Shown here: positions 1-11,800 of the stretch, in pieces
Layout of the letters: each line of letters begins with the position of its first letter
Numbering within the stretch: position 1 is the first letter of the stretch
Assembly (NCBI GenBank): GCA_964016885.1
Contig: OZ024762.1
Location: 28,458,001 to 28,522,000 of the forward strand
DNA length: 64,000 bases
Direction: 5' to 3'
Origin: Eledone cirrhosa
Taxonomy: Eukaryota
Program-made: the position numbers and the translations under genes
The notes under the pieces: generated by a model
The model's database searches: none
Told to the model about the DNA's origin: nothing
The model's input: only the letters and a program-made list of their open reading frames with translations

Positions 1-3000
1 AATATTAGGTTGGTCTGTAACAAGACGTTAGCTTTTATTCAATATTCGTTTGGTGTGTAACAAGACAGTAGCTTTTATTAAATATTAGGTTGGTCTGTAA
101 AAAGACAGTAGCTTTTATTAAATATTGGGTTAGTGTGTAACAAGACAGTAGCTTTTATTAAATATTAGGTTGGTCTGTAACAAGCTTTTATTCAATATTC
201 GGTTGGTGTGTAACAAGACAATAGCTTTTATCAAATATTGGGTTGGTGTGTAACAAGACAGTAGCTTTTATCAAATATTGGGTTGGTGTGTAACAAGACT
301 GTAGTTTTATTAAATATTGGGTTCGTGTGTAACAAGACAGTAGCTTTTATTAAATATTAGGTTTGTCTGTAACACGACAGTAGCTTTTATTCAATATTGG
401 GTTTGTGTGTAAGAAGACAGTAGCTTGTATTCAATATTAGGTTGGTCTGTAACAAGACAGTAGCTTTTATTAAATATTGGGTTGGTGTGTAACAAGACAG
501 TAGCTTTTATTAAATATTAGGTTGGTCTGTAATAAGACAATAGCTTTCATAATATATTGTGTTGGTGTGTAAAAAGACAGTAGCTTTTATTCAATATTAG
601 GTTTGTCTGTAACAAGACAGTAGCTTTTATTCAATATTGGGTTGGTGTGTAACACGACAGTAGCTTGTATTCAATATTAGGTTGGTCTGTAACAAGACAG
701 TAGCATTTATTAAATATTGGGTTGGTGTGTAACAAGACAGTAGATTGGATTAAATATTAGGTTTATTTGTAACAAGACTAGCTTTTATTAAATATTAGGT
801 TGGTGCGTAACAAGACAGTAGCTTTTATTAAATATTAGGTTTGTGTGTAAATAGACAGTAGCTTTTAATAAATATTAGGTTGGTGTGTAACAAGATAGTA
901 GCTTTTATTATATATTGGGTTGGCGTGTAACAAGACAGTAGTTTTATTAAATATTAGGTTGGTCTGTAACGAGACGGTAGCTTTTATTCAATATTCGTTT
1001 GGTGTGTAACAAGACAGTAGCTTTTATTAAGTATTAGGTTGGTCTGTAACAAGACAGTAGCTTTTATTAAATATTAGGTTGGTCTGTAACAAGACGGTAG
1101 CTTTTATTCAATATTCGGTTGGTGTGTAACAAGACAGTAGCTTTTATTAAATATTAGGTTGGTCTGTAACAAGAGAATAGCTTTTATCAAATATTGGGTT
1201 GGTGTGTAACAAGACAGTAGTTTTATTAAATATTGTGTTCGTGTGTAACAAGACAGTAGCTTTTATTAAATATTAGGTTTGTCTGTAACAAGACGGTAGC
1301 TTTTATTCAATATTAGGTTGGTGTGTAACAAGACAGTAGCTTTTATTAAGTATTAGGTTGGTCTGTAACAAGACAGTAGCTTTTATTAAATATTGGTTTG
1401 GTGTGTAACAAGACAGCAGGTTTTATTCAATATTAGGTTGGTGTTTAACAAGACAGTAGTTTTCATTATATATTGGGTTGGTGTGTAACAAGACAGTAGA
1501 TTTTATTCAATATTAGGTTGTTGTGTAACAAGACAGTAGCTTTTATTCAATATTGGGTTGGTGTGTAACAAGACAGTAGCTTGTATTCAATATTAGGTTG
1601 GTCTGTAACAAGACAGTAGTTTTTATTATATATTGGGTTTGTGTGTAACAAGACAGTAGCTTTTATTAAATATTAGGTTGGTCTGTAACAAGACAGTAGC
1701 TTTTATTAAATATTGGGTTGGTGTGTAACAAGACAGTAGCTTTTATTAAATATTAGGTTGGTCTGTAATAAGACAATAGCTTTCAAAATATATTGGGTTG
1801 GTGTGTAAAAAGACAGTAGCTTTTATTCAATATTAGGTTTGTCTGTAACAAGACAGTAGCTTTTATTCAATATTGGGTTGGTGTGTAACAAGACAGTAGC
1901 TTGTATTCAATATTGGGTTGGTCTGTAACAAGACAGTAGCTTTTATTATATATTGGGTTGGTGTGTAACAAGACAGTAGCTTTGATTAAATATTAGGTTT
2001 GTGTGTAACAAGACTAGCTTTTATTAAATATTAGGTTGGTGTGTAACAAGACAGTAGCTTTTATTAATTATTAGGTTGGTCTGTAACAAGACGGTAGCTT
2101 TTATTCAATATTCGGTTGGTCTGTAACAAGACGGTCGCTTTTATTCAATATTCGTTTGGTGTGTAACAAGACAGTAGCTTTTATTAAGTATTAGGTTGGT
2201 CTGTAAAAAGACAGTACCTTTTCTTAAATATTGGGTTCGTGTGTAACAAGACAGTAGCTTTTATTAAATATTAGGTTGGTCTGTAACAATACAGTAGCTT
2301 TTATTAAATATTAGGTTGGTGTGTAACAAGGCAGTTGCTTTTATTAAATATTGGGTTAGTGTGTAACAAGACACTAGCTTGTATTCAATATTGGGTAGGT
2401 GTGTAACAAGACAGTAGCTTGTATTCAATATTAGGTTGGTCTGTAACAAGACAGTAGCTTTTATTAAATATTGGGTTGGTGTGTAACAAGACAGTAGCTT
2501 TGATTAAATATTAGGTTTGTGTGTAACAAGACTAGCTTTTATTAATTATTATGTTGGTGTGTAACAAGACAGTAGCTTTTATTAAATATTATGTTGGTCT
2601 GTAACAAGACAATATCTCTTATTAAATATTGGGTTGGTCTGTAACAAGAAAATAGCTTTTATTATGTATTGGGTTGGTGTGTAAGAAGACAGTAGCTTTT
2701 ATTATATATTAGGTTTGTGTGTAACTACACAGTAGCTTTTATTAAATATTAGGTTTGTCTGTAACAAGATAGTAGCTTTTATTGTATATTGGGTTGGCGT
2801 GTAACAAGACAGTAGCTTTTATTAAATATTGGATTGGTATGTAACAAGACAGTAGCTTTTATTAAATATTAGGTTTGTCTGTAACAAGACAGTAGCGTTT
2901 ATTCAATATTGGGTTTGCGTGTAACAAGACAGTAGCTTGTATTAAATATTAGGTTGGTCTTTAACAAGACTGTTCCTTTTATTACATATTAGGTTTGTGT

Positions 3001-5000
3001 GCAACTAGACGGTAGCTTTTATTAAATATTATGTTGGTCTGTAACAAGATAGTAGCTTTTATTATATATTGGGTTGGCGTGTAACAAGACAGTAGTTTTA
3101 TTAAATATTAAGTTGGTCTGTAATATGACAATAGCTTTCAAAATATATTGGGTTGGTGTGTAAAAAGACAGTAGCTTTTATTCAATATTAGGTTTGTCTG
3201 TAACAAGACAGTAGCTTTTATTCAATATTGGGTTGGTGTGTAACAAGACAGTAGCTTGTATTCAATATTGGGTTGTTCTGTAACAGGACAGTAGCTTTTA
3301 TTTTATATTGGGTTGGTGTGTAACAAGACAGTAGATTTGATTAAATATTAGGTTTGTGTGTAACAAGACTAGCTTTTATTAAATATTAGGTTGGTGTGTA
3401 ACAAGACGGTAGCTTTTATTCAATATTCGGTTGGTCTGTAACAAGATAGTAGCTTTTATTATATATTGGGTTGGCGTGTAACAAGACAGTAGTTTTATTA
3501 AATATTAGGTTGGTCTGTAACAAGACGGAAGCTTTTATTCAATATTCGTTTGGTGTGTAATAAGACAGTAGATTTTATTAAGTGTTAGGTTGGTCTGTAA
3601 AAAGGCAGTAGCTTTTATTAAATATTGGTTTCGTGTGTAACAAGACAGTAGCTTTTATTAAATATTAAGTTGCTGTGTAACAAGGCAGTTGCTTTTATTA
3701 AATATTGGGTTGGTGTGTAACAAGACAGTAGCTTTCATTATATATTGGGTTGGTGTGTAACAAGACAGTAGCTTGTATTCAATATTAGGTTGGTCTGTAA
3801 CAAGACAGTAGTTTTCATTATATATTGGGTTGGTGTGTAACAAGACAGTAGCTTTTATTAAATATTAGGTTGGTCTGTAACAAGACAGTAGCTTTTATTA
3901 AATATTGGGTTGGTGTGTAACAAGACAGTTGCTTTTATTAAATATTAGGTTGGTCTGTAATAAGACAATAGCTTTCAAAATATATGTGTAAAAAGACAGT
4001 AGCTTTTATTCAATATTAGGTTTGTCTCTAACAAGACAGTAGCTTTTATTCAATATTGGGTTGGTGTGTAACAAGACAGTAGCTTGTATTCAATATTAGG
4101 TTGGTCTGTAACAAGACAGTAGCTTTTATTATATATTGGGCTGGTGTGTAACAAGACAGTAGCTTTGATTAAATATTAGGTTTGTGTGTAACAAGACTAG
4201 CTTTTATTAAATATTAGGTTGGTTTGTAACAAGACAGTAGCTTTTATTAAATATTAGGTTGGTCTGTAACAAGACGGTAGCTTTTATTCAATATTGGGTT
4301 GGTGTGTAACAAGACAGTAGCTTGTATTCAATATTAGGTTGGTCTGTAACAAGGCAGTTACTTTTATTAAATATTGGGTTAGTGTGTAACAAGACACTAG
4401 CTTGTATTCAATATTGGGTAGGTGTGTAACAAGACAGTTGCTTGTATTCAATATTAGGTTGGTCTGTAACAAGACAGTGGCTTTTATCGTATATTGGGTT
4501 GGTATGTAACAAGACAGTAGCTTTTATTAAATATTAGGTTTGTCTGTAACAAGACAGTAGCGTCTATTCAATATTGGGTTTGTGTGTAACAAGACAGTAG
4601 CTTGTATTAAATATTAGGTTGGTCTTTAACAAGACTGTTACTTTTATTAAATATTAGGTTTGTGTGCAACTAGACGGTAGCTTTTATTAAATATTATGTT
4701 GGTCTGTAACAAGATAGTAGATTTTATTATATATTGGGTTGGCGTGTAACAAGACAGTAGTTTTATTAAATATTAGGTTGGTCTGTAACAAGACGGTAGC
4801 TTTTATTCAATATTCGTTTGGTGTGTAATAAGACAGTAGCTTTTATTAAGTGTTAGGTTGGTCTGTAAAAAGACAGTAGCTTTTATTAAATATTGGGTTC
4901 GTGTGTAACAAGACAGTAGCTTTTATTAAATATTAAGTTTCTGTGTAACAATGCAGTTGCTTTTATTAAATATTGGGTTGGTGTGTAACAAGACAGTAGG
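1..5000. repeat. Left-hand satellite subfamily domain (A7-rich, more diverged monomers)
   Basis: TATTAGG is frequent instead of TATTGGG. Markers rare or absent in most of the array include GCTTGTATT, GCTTTGATT, the 38-bp AAGACTAGC monomer (~776, 2012, 2530, 3367, 4195), TTGGCGTG followed by a 39-bp GTAGTTTTATT monomer, ATTCGTTTGG and GCTTTCAAAATATA. The same marker set reappears at ~6.05-6.3, 7.05-7.3, 8.0-9.3, 27.06-27.4 and 29.97-30.25 kb. Confidence 0.8.
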
Positions 5001-5301
5001 TTTTATTGAATATTGGGTTGGTGTGTAACAAGACAGTAGCTTTTATTAAATATTGGGTTAGTGTGTAACAAGACAGTATCTTTTATTAAATATTGGATTG
5101 GTGTGTAACAAGCCAGTAGCTTTTATTAAATATTGGGTTGGTGTGTAACAAGACAGTAGCTTTTATTCAATATTGGGTTGGTCTGTAATAAGACAGTAGC
5201 TTTTATTTAATATTGGGTTGGTGTGTAACAAAACAGTAGCTTTTCTTCAATATTGGGTTGGTGTGTAACAAGACGGTAGCTTTTATTAAATATTACGTTG
5301 T

Positions 5302-8269
5302 TGTGTAACAAGACACTAGCTTTTATTCAATATTATGTTGGTCTGAAACAAGACAGTAGGTTTTATTCAATATTGGGTTGGTGTGTAACAAGACAGTCGC
5401 TTTTATTCAATATTGGGTTGGTGTGTAACAAGACAGTAACTTTTATTCAATATTGGGTTGGTGTGTAACAAGACAGTAGCTTTTCGTAAATATTAGGTTG
5501 GTGTGTAAGAAGACAGTAGCTTTTTTAATATATTGGGTTGGTCTGTAACAAGACAATAGCTTTTATTCAATATTGGGTTGGTCTGTAACAAGACAGTAGC
5601 TTTTATTTAATATTGGGTTCGTGTGTAACAAGACAGTAGCTTTTATTAAATATTGGCTTCGACTGTAATAAGACAGTAGCTTTTATTCAATATTATGTTG
5701 GTGTGTAACAAGACAGTAGGTTTTATTAAATATTGGGTTGTTCTGTAACAAGACAATAGCTTTTATTGAATATTGGGTTGGTCTGTAACAAGACAGTAGC
5801 TTTTATTCAATATTGTGTTGGTGTGTAACAAGTAAGTAGCTTTTATTAGATATTAGGTTGGTCTGTAACAAGACAGTAGCTTTTATTAAATTATGCGTTG
5901 GTCTGTAACAAGACAGTAGCTTGTATTCAATATTGGCTAGGTGTGTAACAAGACAGTAGGTTTTATTAAATATTGGGTTGGTCTGTAACAAGACAATAGC
6001 TTTTATTAAATATTGGGTTGGTCTGTAACAAGACAGTAGCTTTTATTATATATTGGGTTGGCGTGTAACAAGACAGTAGTTTTATTAAATATTAGGTTGG
6101 TCTGTAACAAGACGGTAGCTTTTATTCAATATTCGTTTGGTGTATAACAAGACAGTAGCTTTTATTAAGTATTAGGTTGGTCTGTAAAAAGACAGTAGCT
6201 TTTCTTAAATATTGGGTTCGTGTGTAACAAGACAGTAGCTTTTATTAAATATTAGGTTGGTCTGTAACAATACAGTAGCTTTTATTAAATATTAGGTTGG
6301 TGTGTAACAAGACACTAGCTTTTATTCAATATTATGTTGGTCTGAAACAAGACAGTAGGTTTTATTCAATATTGGGTTGGTGTGTAACAAGACAGTCGCT
6401 TTTATTCAATATTGGGTTGGTGTGTAACAAGACAGTAACTTTTATTCAATATTGGGTTGGTGTGTAACAAGACAGTAGCTTTTCGTAAATATTAGGTTGG
6501 TGTGTAAGAAGACAGTAGCTTTTTTAATATATTGGGTTGGTCTGTAACAAGACAATAGCTTTTATTCAATATTGGGTTGGTCTGTAACAAGACAGTAGCT
6601 TTTATTTAATATTGGGTTCGTGTGTAACAAGACAGTAGCTTTTATTAAATATTGGCTTCGACTGTAATAAGACAGTAGCTTTTATTCAATATTATGTTGG
6701 TGTGTAACAAGACAGTAGGTTTTATTAAATATTGGGTTGTTCTGTAACAAGACAATAGCTTTTATTGAATATTGGGTTGGTCTGTAACAAGACAGTAGCT
6801 TTTATTCAATATTGTGTTGGTGTGTAACAAGTAAGTAGCTTTTATTAGATATTAGGTTGGTCTGTAACAAGACAGTAGCTTTTATTAAATTATGCGTTGG
6901 TCTGTAACAAGACAGTAGCTTGTATTCAATATTGGCTAGGTGTGTAACAAGACAGTAGGTTTTATTAAATATTGGGTTGGTCTGTAACAAGACAATAGCT
7001 TTTATTAAATATTGGGTTGGTCTGTAACAAGACAGTAGCTTTTATTATATATTGGGTTGGCGTGTAACAAGACAGTAGTTTTATTAAATATTAGGTTGGT
7101 CTGTAACAAGACGGTAGCTTTTATTCAATATTCGTTTGGTGTATAACAAGACAGTAGCTTTTATTAAGTATTAGGTTGGTCTGTAAAAAGACAGTAGCTT
7201 TTCTTAAATATTGGGTTCGTGTGTAACAAGACAGTAGCTTTTATTAAATATTAGGTTGGTCTGTAACAATACAGTAGCTTTTATTAAATATTAGGTTGGT
7301 GTGTAACAAGACACTAGCTTTTATTCAATATTATGTTGGTCTGAAACAAGACAGTCGCTTTTATTCAATATTGGGTTGGTGTGTAACAAGACAGTAACTT
7401 TTATTCAATATTGGGTTGGTGTGTAACAAGACAGTAGCTTTTCGTAAATATTAGGTTGGTGTGTAAGAAGACAGTAGCTTTTTTAATATATTGGGTTGGT
7501 CTGTAACAAGACAATAGCTTTTATTCAATATTGGGTTGGTCTGTAACAAGACAGTAGCTTTTATTTAATATTGGGTTCGTGTGTAACAAGACAGTAGCTT
7601 TTATTAAATATTGGCTTCGACTGTAATAAGACAGTAGCTTTTATTCAATATTATGTTGGTGTGTAACAAGACAGTAGGTTTTATTAAATATTGGGTTGTT
7701 CTGTAACAAGACAATAGCTTTTATTGAATATTGGGTTGGTCTGTAACAAGACAGTAGCTTTTATTCAATATTGTGTTGGTGTGTAACAAGTAAGTAGCTT
7801 TTATTAGATATTAGGTTGGTCTGTAACAAGACAGTAGCTTTTATTAAATTATGCGTTGGTCTGTAACAAGACAGTAGCTTGTATTCAATATTGGCTAGGT
7901 GTGTAACAAGACAGTAGGTTTTATTAAATATTGGGTTGGTCTGTAACAAGACAATAGCTTTTATTAAATATTGGGTTGGTCTGTAACAAGACAGTAGCTT
8001 TTATTATATATTGGGTTGGCGTGTAACAAGACAGTAGTTTTATTAAATATTAGGTTGGTCTGTAACAAGACGGTAGCTTTTATTCAATATTCGTTTGGTG
8101 TATAACAAGACAGTAGCTTTTATTAAGTATTAGGTTGGTCTGTAAAAAGACAGTAGCTTTTCTTAAATATTGGGTTCGTGTGTAACAAGACAGTAGCTTT
8201 TATTAAATATTAGGTTGGTCTGTAACAATACAGTAGCTTTTATTAAATATTAGGTTGGTGTGTAACAAG
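5302..8269. repeat. Three-copy higher-order repeat, 999 bp (25 monomers) and 959 bp (24 monomers)
   Basis: Private variants AAGTAAGTAGC, AAATTATGCG, TGGCTAGG, GGCTTCGACT and TGTATAAC each occur three times at offsets of 999 and 959 bp. The identical ORFs at 5803, 6802 and 7761 show the same offsets. The third copy lacks one monomer near 7350. Confidence 0.93.
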
Positions 8270-8849
8270 GCAGTTGCTTTTATTATATATTGGGTTAGTG
8301 TGTAACAAGACAGTAGCTTTTATTAAATATTATGTTGGTCTGTAACAGGACAATAGCTCTTATTAGATATTGGGTTGGTCTGTAACAAGAAAATAGCTTT
8401 TATTATGTAGTGGGTTGGTGTGTAAGAATACAGTAGCTTTTATTATATATTAGGTTTGTGTGTAACTAGACAGTAGCTTTTATTAAATATTAGGCTGGTC
8501 TGTAACAAGATAGTAGCTTTTATTGTATATTGGGTTGGCGTGTAACAAGACAGTCGCTTTTATTACATATTTTGTTGGTGTGTATCTAGACAGTAGCTTT
8601 CATTAAATATTAGGTTGGTCTGTAACAAGATAGTAGCTTTTATTGTATATTGGGTTGGCGTGTAACAAGACAGTAGCTTTTATTAAATATTGGATTGGTA
8701 TGTAACAAGACAGTAGCTTTTATTAAATATTAGGTTTGTCTGTAACAAGACAGTAGCTTATATTCAATATTGGGTTTGTGTGTAACAAGACAGTAGCTTG
8801 TATTAAATATTAGGTTGGTCTGTAACAAGACAGTAGCTTTTATTAATTA

Positions 8850-11800
8850 TTGGGTTGGTGTGTAACAAGACAGTAGCTTTGATTAAATATTAGGTTTGTG
8901 TGTAACAAGACTAGCTTTTATTAAATATTAGGTTGGTGTGTAACAAGACAGTTACTTTTATTAAATATTAGGTTTGTGTGTAACTAGACAGTAGCTTTTA
9001 TTAAATATTAGGTTGGTCTGTAACAAGATAGTAGCTTTTATTATATATTGGGTTGGCGTGTAACAAGACAGTAGTTTTAATAAATATTAGGTTGGTCTGT
9101 AACAAGACGGTATCATTTATCCAATATTCGTTTGGTGTGTAATAAAACAGTAGCTTTTATTATGTATTAGGTTGGTCTGTAAAAAGACAGTAGCTTTTAT
9201 TAAATATTGGGTTCGTGTGTAACAAGACAGTAGCTTTTATTAAATATTAAGTTGGTGTGTAACAAGGCAGTTGCTTTTATTAAATATTGGGTTGGTGTGT
9301 AACAAGACAGTAGGTTTTATTCAATATTGGGTTGGTGTGTAACAAGACAGTAGCTTTTATTAAATATTGGATTGGTGTGTAACAAGACAGTAGCTTTTAT
9401 TAAATATTGGGTTGGTGTGTAACAAGACAGTAGCTTTTCGTAAATATTAGGTTGGTGTGTAACAAGACAGTAGCTTTTTTAATATATTGGGTTGGTCTGT
9501 AACAAGACAATAGCTTTTATTCAATATTGGGTTGGTCTGTAACAAGACGGTAGCTTTTATTCAATATTGGGTTCGTGTGTAACAAGACAGTAGCTTTTAT
9601 TAAATATTGGGTTCGACTGTAATAAGACAGTAGCTTTTATTCAATATTATGTTGGTGTGTAATAAGACAGTAGCTTTTATTAAATATTGCGTTGGTCTGT
9701 AACAAGACAGTAATTTTATTCAATATTAGGTTAGTGTGTAACAAGAAAGTAGCTTTTATTAAATATTGCGTTGGTCTGTAACAAGACAGTAGCTTTTATT
9801 CAATATTAGGTTGGTCTGTAACAAGACAATAGCTTTTATTAAATATTGGGTTGGTGTGTAATAAGACAGTAGCTTTTATTAAATATTGGGTTCGTCTGTA
9901 ATAAGACAGTAGATTTTATTAAATATTGGGTTGATCTGTAACAAGAGAGTTGCTTTTATTAAATATTGGCTTGGTGTGTAACAAGACAGTAGCTTTTATT
10001 AAATATTGGGTTAGTGTGTAACAAGACAGTAGTTTTTATTCAATATTGGGTTGGTCTGTAACAAGACAGTACCTTTTATTTAATATTGGGTTGGTGTGTA
10101 ACAAGACAGTAGCTTTTCTTCAATATTGGGTTGGTGTGTAACAAGACAGCAGCTTTTATTAAATATTACGTTGTTGTGTAACAAGACACTAGCTTTTATT
10201 CAATATTATGTTGGTCTGAAACAAGACAGTACGTTTTATTCAATATTGGGTTGGTCTGTAACAAGACAGTAGCTTTTATTCAATATTGGGTTGGTGTGTA
10301 ACAAGACAGTAGCTTTTATTAAATATTGGGTTCGACTGTAATAAGACAGTAGATTTTATTCAATATTATGTTGGTGTGTAACAAGACAGTAGGTTCTATT
10401 AAATATTGGGTTGGTCTGTAACAAGACAGTAGCTTTTATTCAATATTGGGTTGGTCTGTAACAAGACAGTAGCTTTATTAGATATGGGGTTGGTCTGTAA
10501 CAAGACAGTAGCTTTTCTTCAATACTAGGTTGGTCTGTAACATGACAGTAGCTTTTATTCAATATTGGGTTTGTGTGTAACAAGACAGTAGCTTTTATTC
10601 AATATTGGGTTGGTCTGAAACAAGACAGTAGCTTTTATTAAATATTGGGTTGGTCTGTAACAAGACGGTAGCTTTTATTCAATATTCGGTTGGTGTGTAG
10701 CAAGACAGTAGCTTTTATTAAATATTGGGTTGGTCTGTAACAAGACAGTAGCTTTTATTCAATATTGGGTTGGTGTGTAAAGATTCAGTAGCTTTTATTA
10801 AATATTAGGTTGGTCTGTAACAAGACAGTAGCTTTTATTGAATATTGGGTTGGTCTGTAAGAAGACTGTAGCTTTTATTCAATACTAGGTTGGTCTGTAA
10901 CAAGACAATAGCTTTTATTAAATATTGGGTTGGTGTGTAACAAGACAGTAGCTTTTATTAAATATTGTGTTCGTCTGTAATAACACAGTAGCTTTTATTC
11001 AATATTATGTTGGTGTGTAACAAGACAGTAGATTTTATTAAATATTGGGTTGGTCTGTAACAAGAGAGTTGCTTTTATTAAATATTGGGTTGGTGTGTAG
11101 CAAGACAGTAGCTTTTATTCAATATTGGGTTGGTCTGTAACAAGACAGTAGCTTTTATTGAATATTATGTTGGTGTGTAACAAGACAGTAGGTTTTATTA
11201 AATATTGGGTTGGTCTGTAACAAGACAATAGCTTTTATTGAATATTGGGTTGGTCTGTAACAAGACAGTAGCTTTTATTAAATATTGGGTTGGTGTGTAA
11301 CAAGACAGTAGCTTTTATTAAATATTGGGTTGGTCTGCAACAAGACAGGAGCTTTTATGAAATATTGGGTTGGTCTGTAAGAAGACAGTAGCTTTTATTC
11401 AATATTCGGTTCGTCTGTAACAAGACAGTAGCTTTTATTCAATATTGGGTTCGTGAGTCACAAGACAGTAGCTTTTATTAAATATTGGGTTGGTCTGTAA
11501 CAAGACAGTAACTTTTATTAAATATTGGGTTGGTGTGTAACAAGGCAGTTGCTTTTATGCATTATTGGGTTGGTCTGTAGCAAGACCGTAGCTTTTATTC
11601 AATATTGGGTTCGTGTGTAACAAGACAGTAGCTTTTATTCAATATTGGGTTGGTCTGAAACAAGACAGTAGCTTTTATGCATTATTGGGTTGGTCTGTAA
11701 CAAGACAGTAGCTTTTATTCAATATTGGGTTGGTGTGTAACAAGACAGTAGCTTTTATTCAATATTGGGTTGGTCTGAAACAAGACAGTAGCTTTTATTA

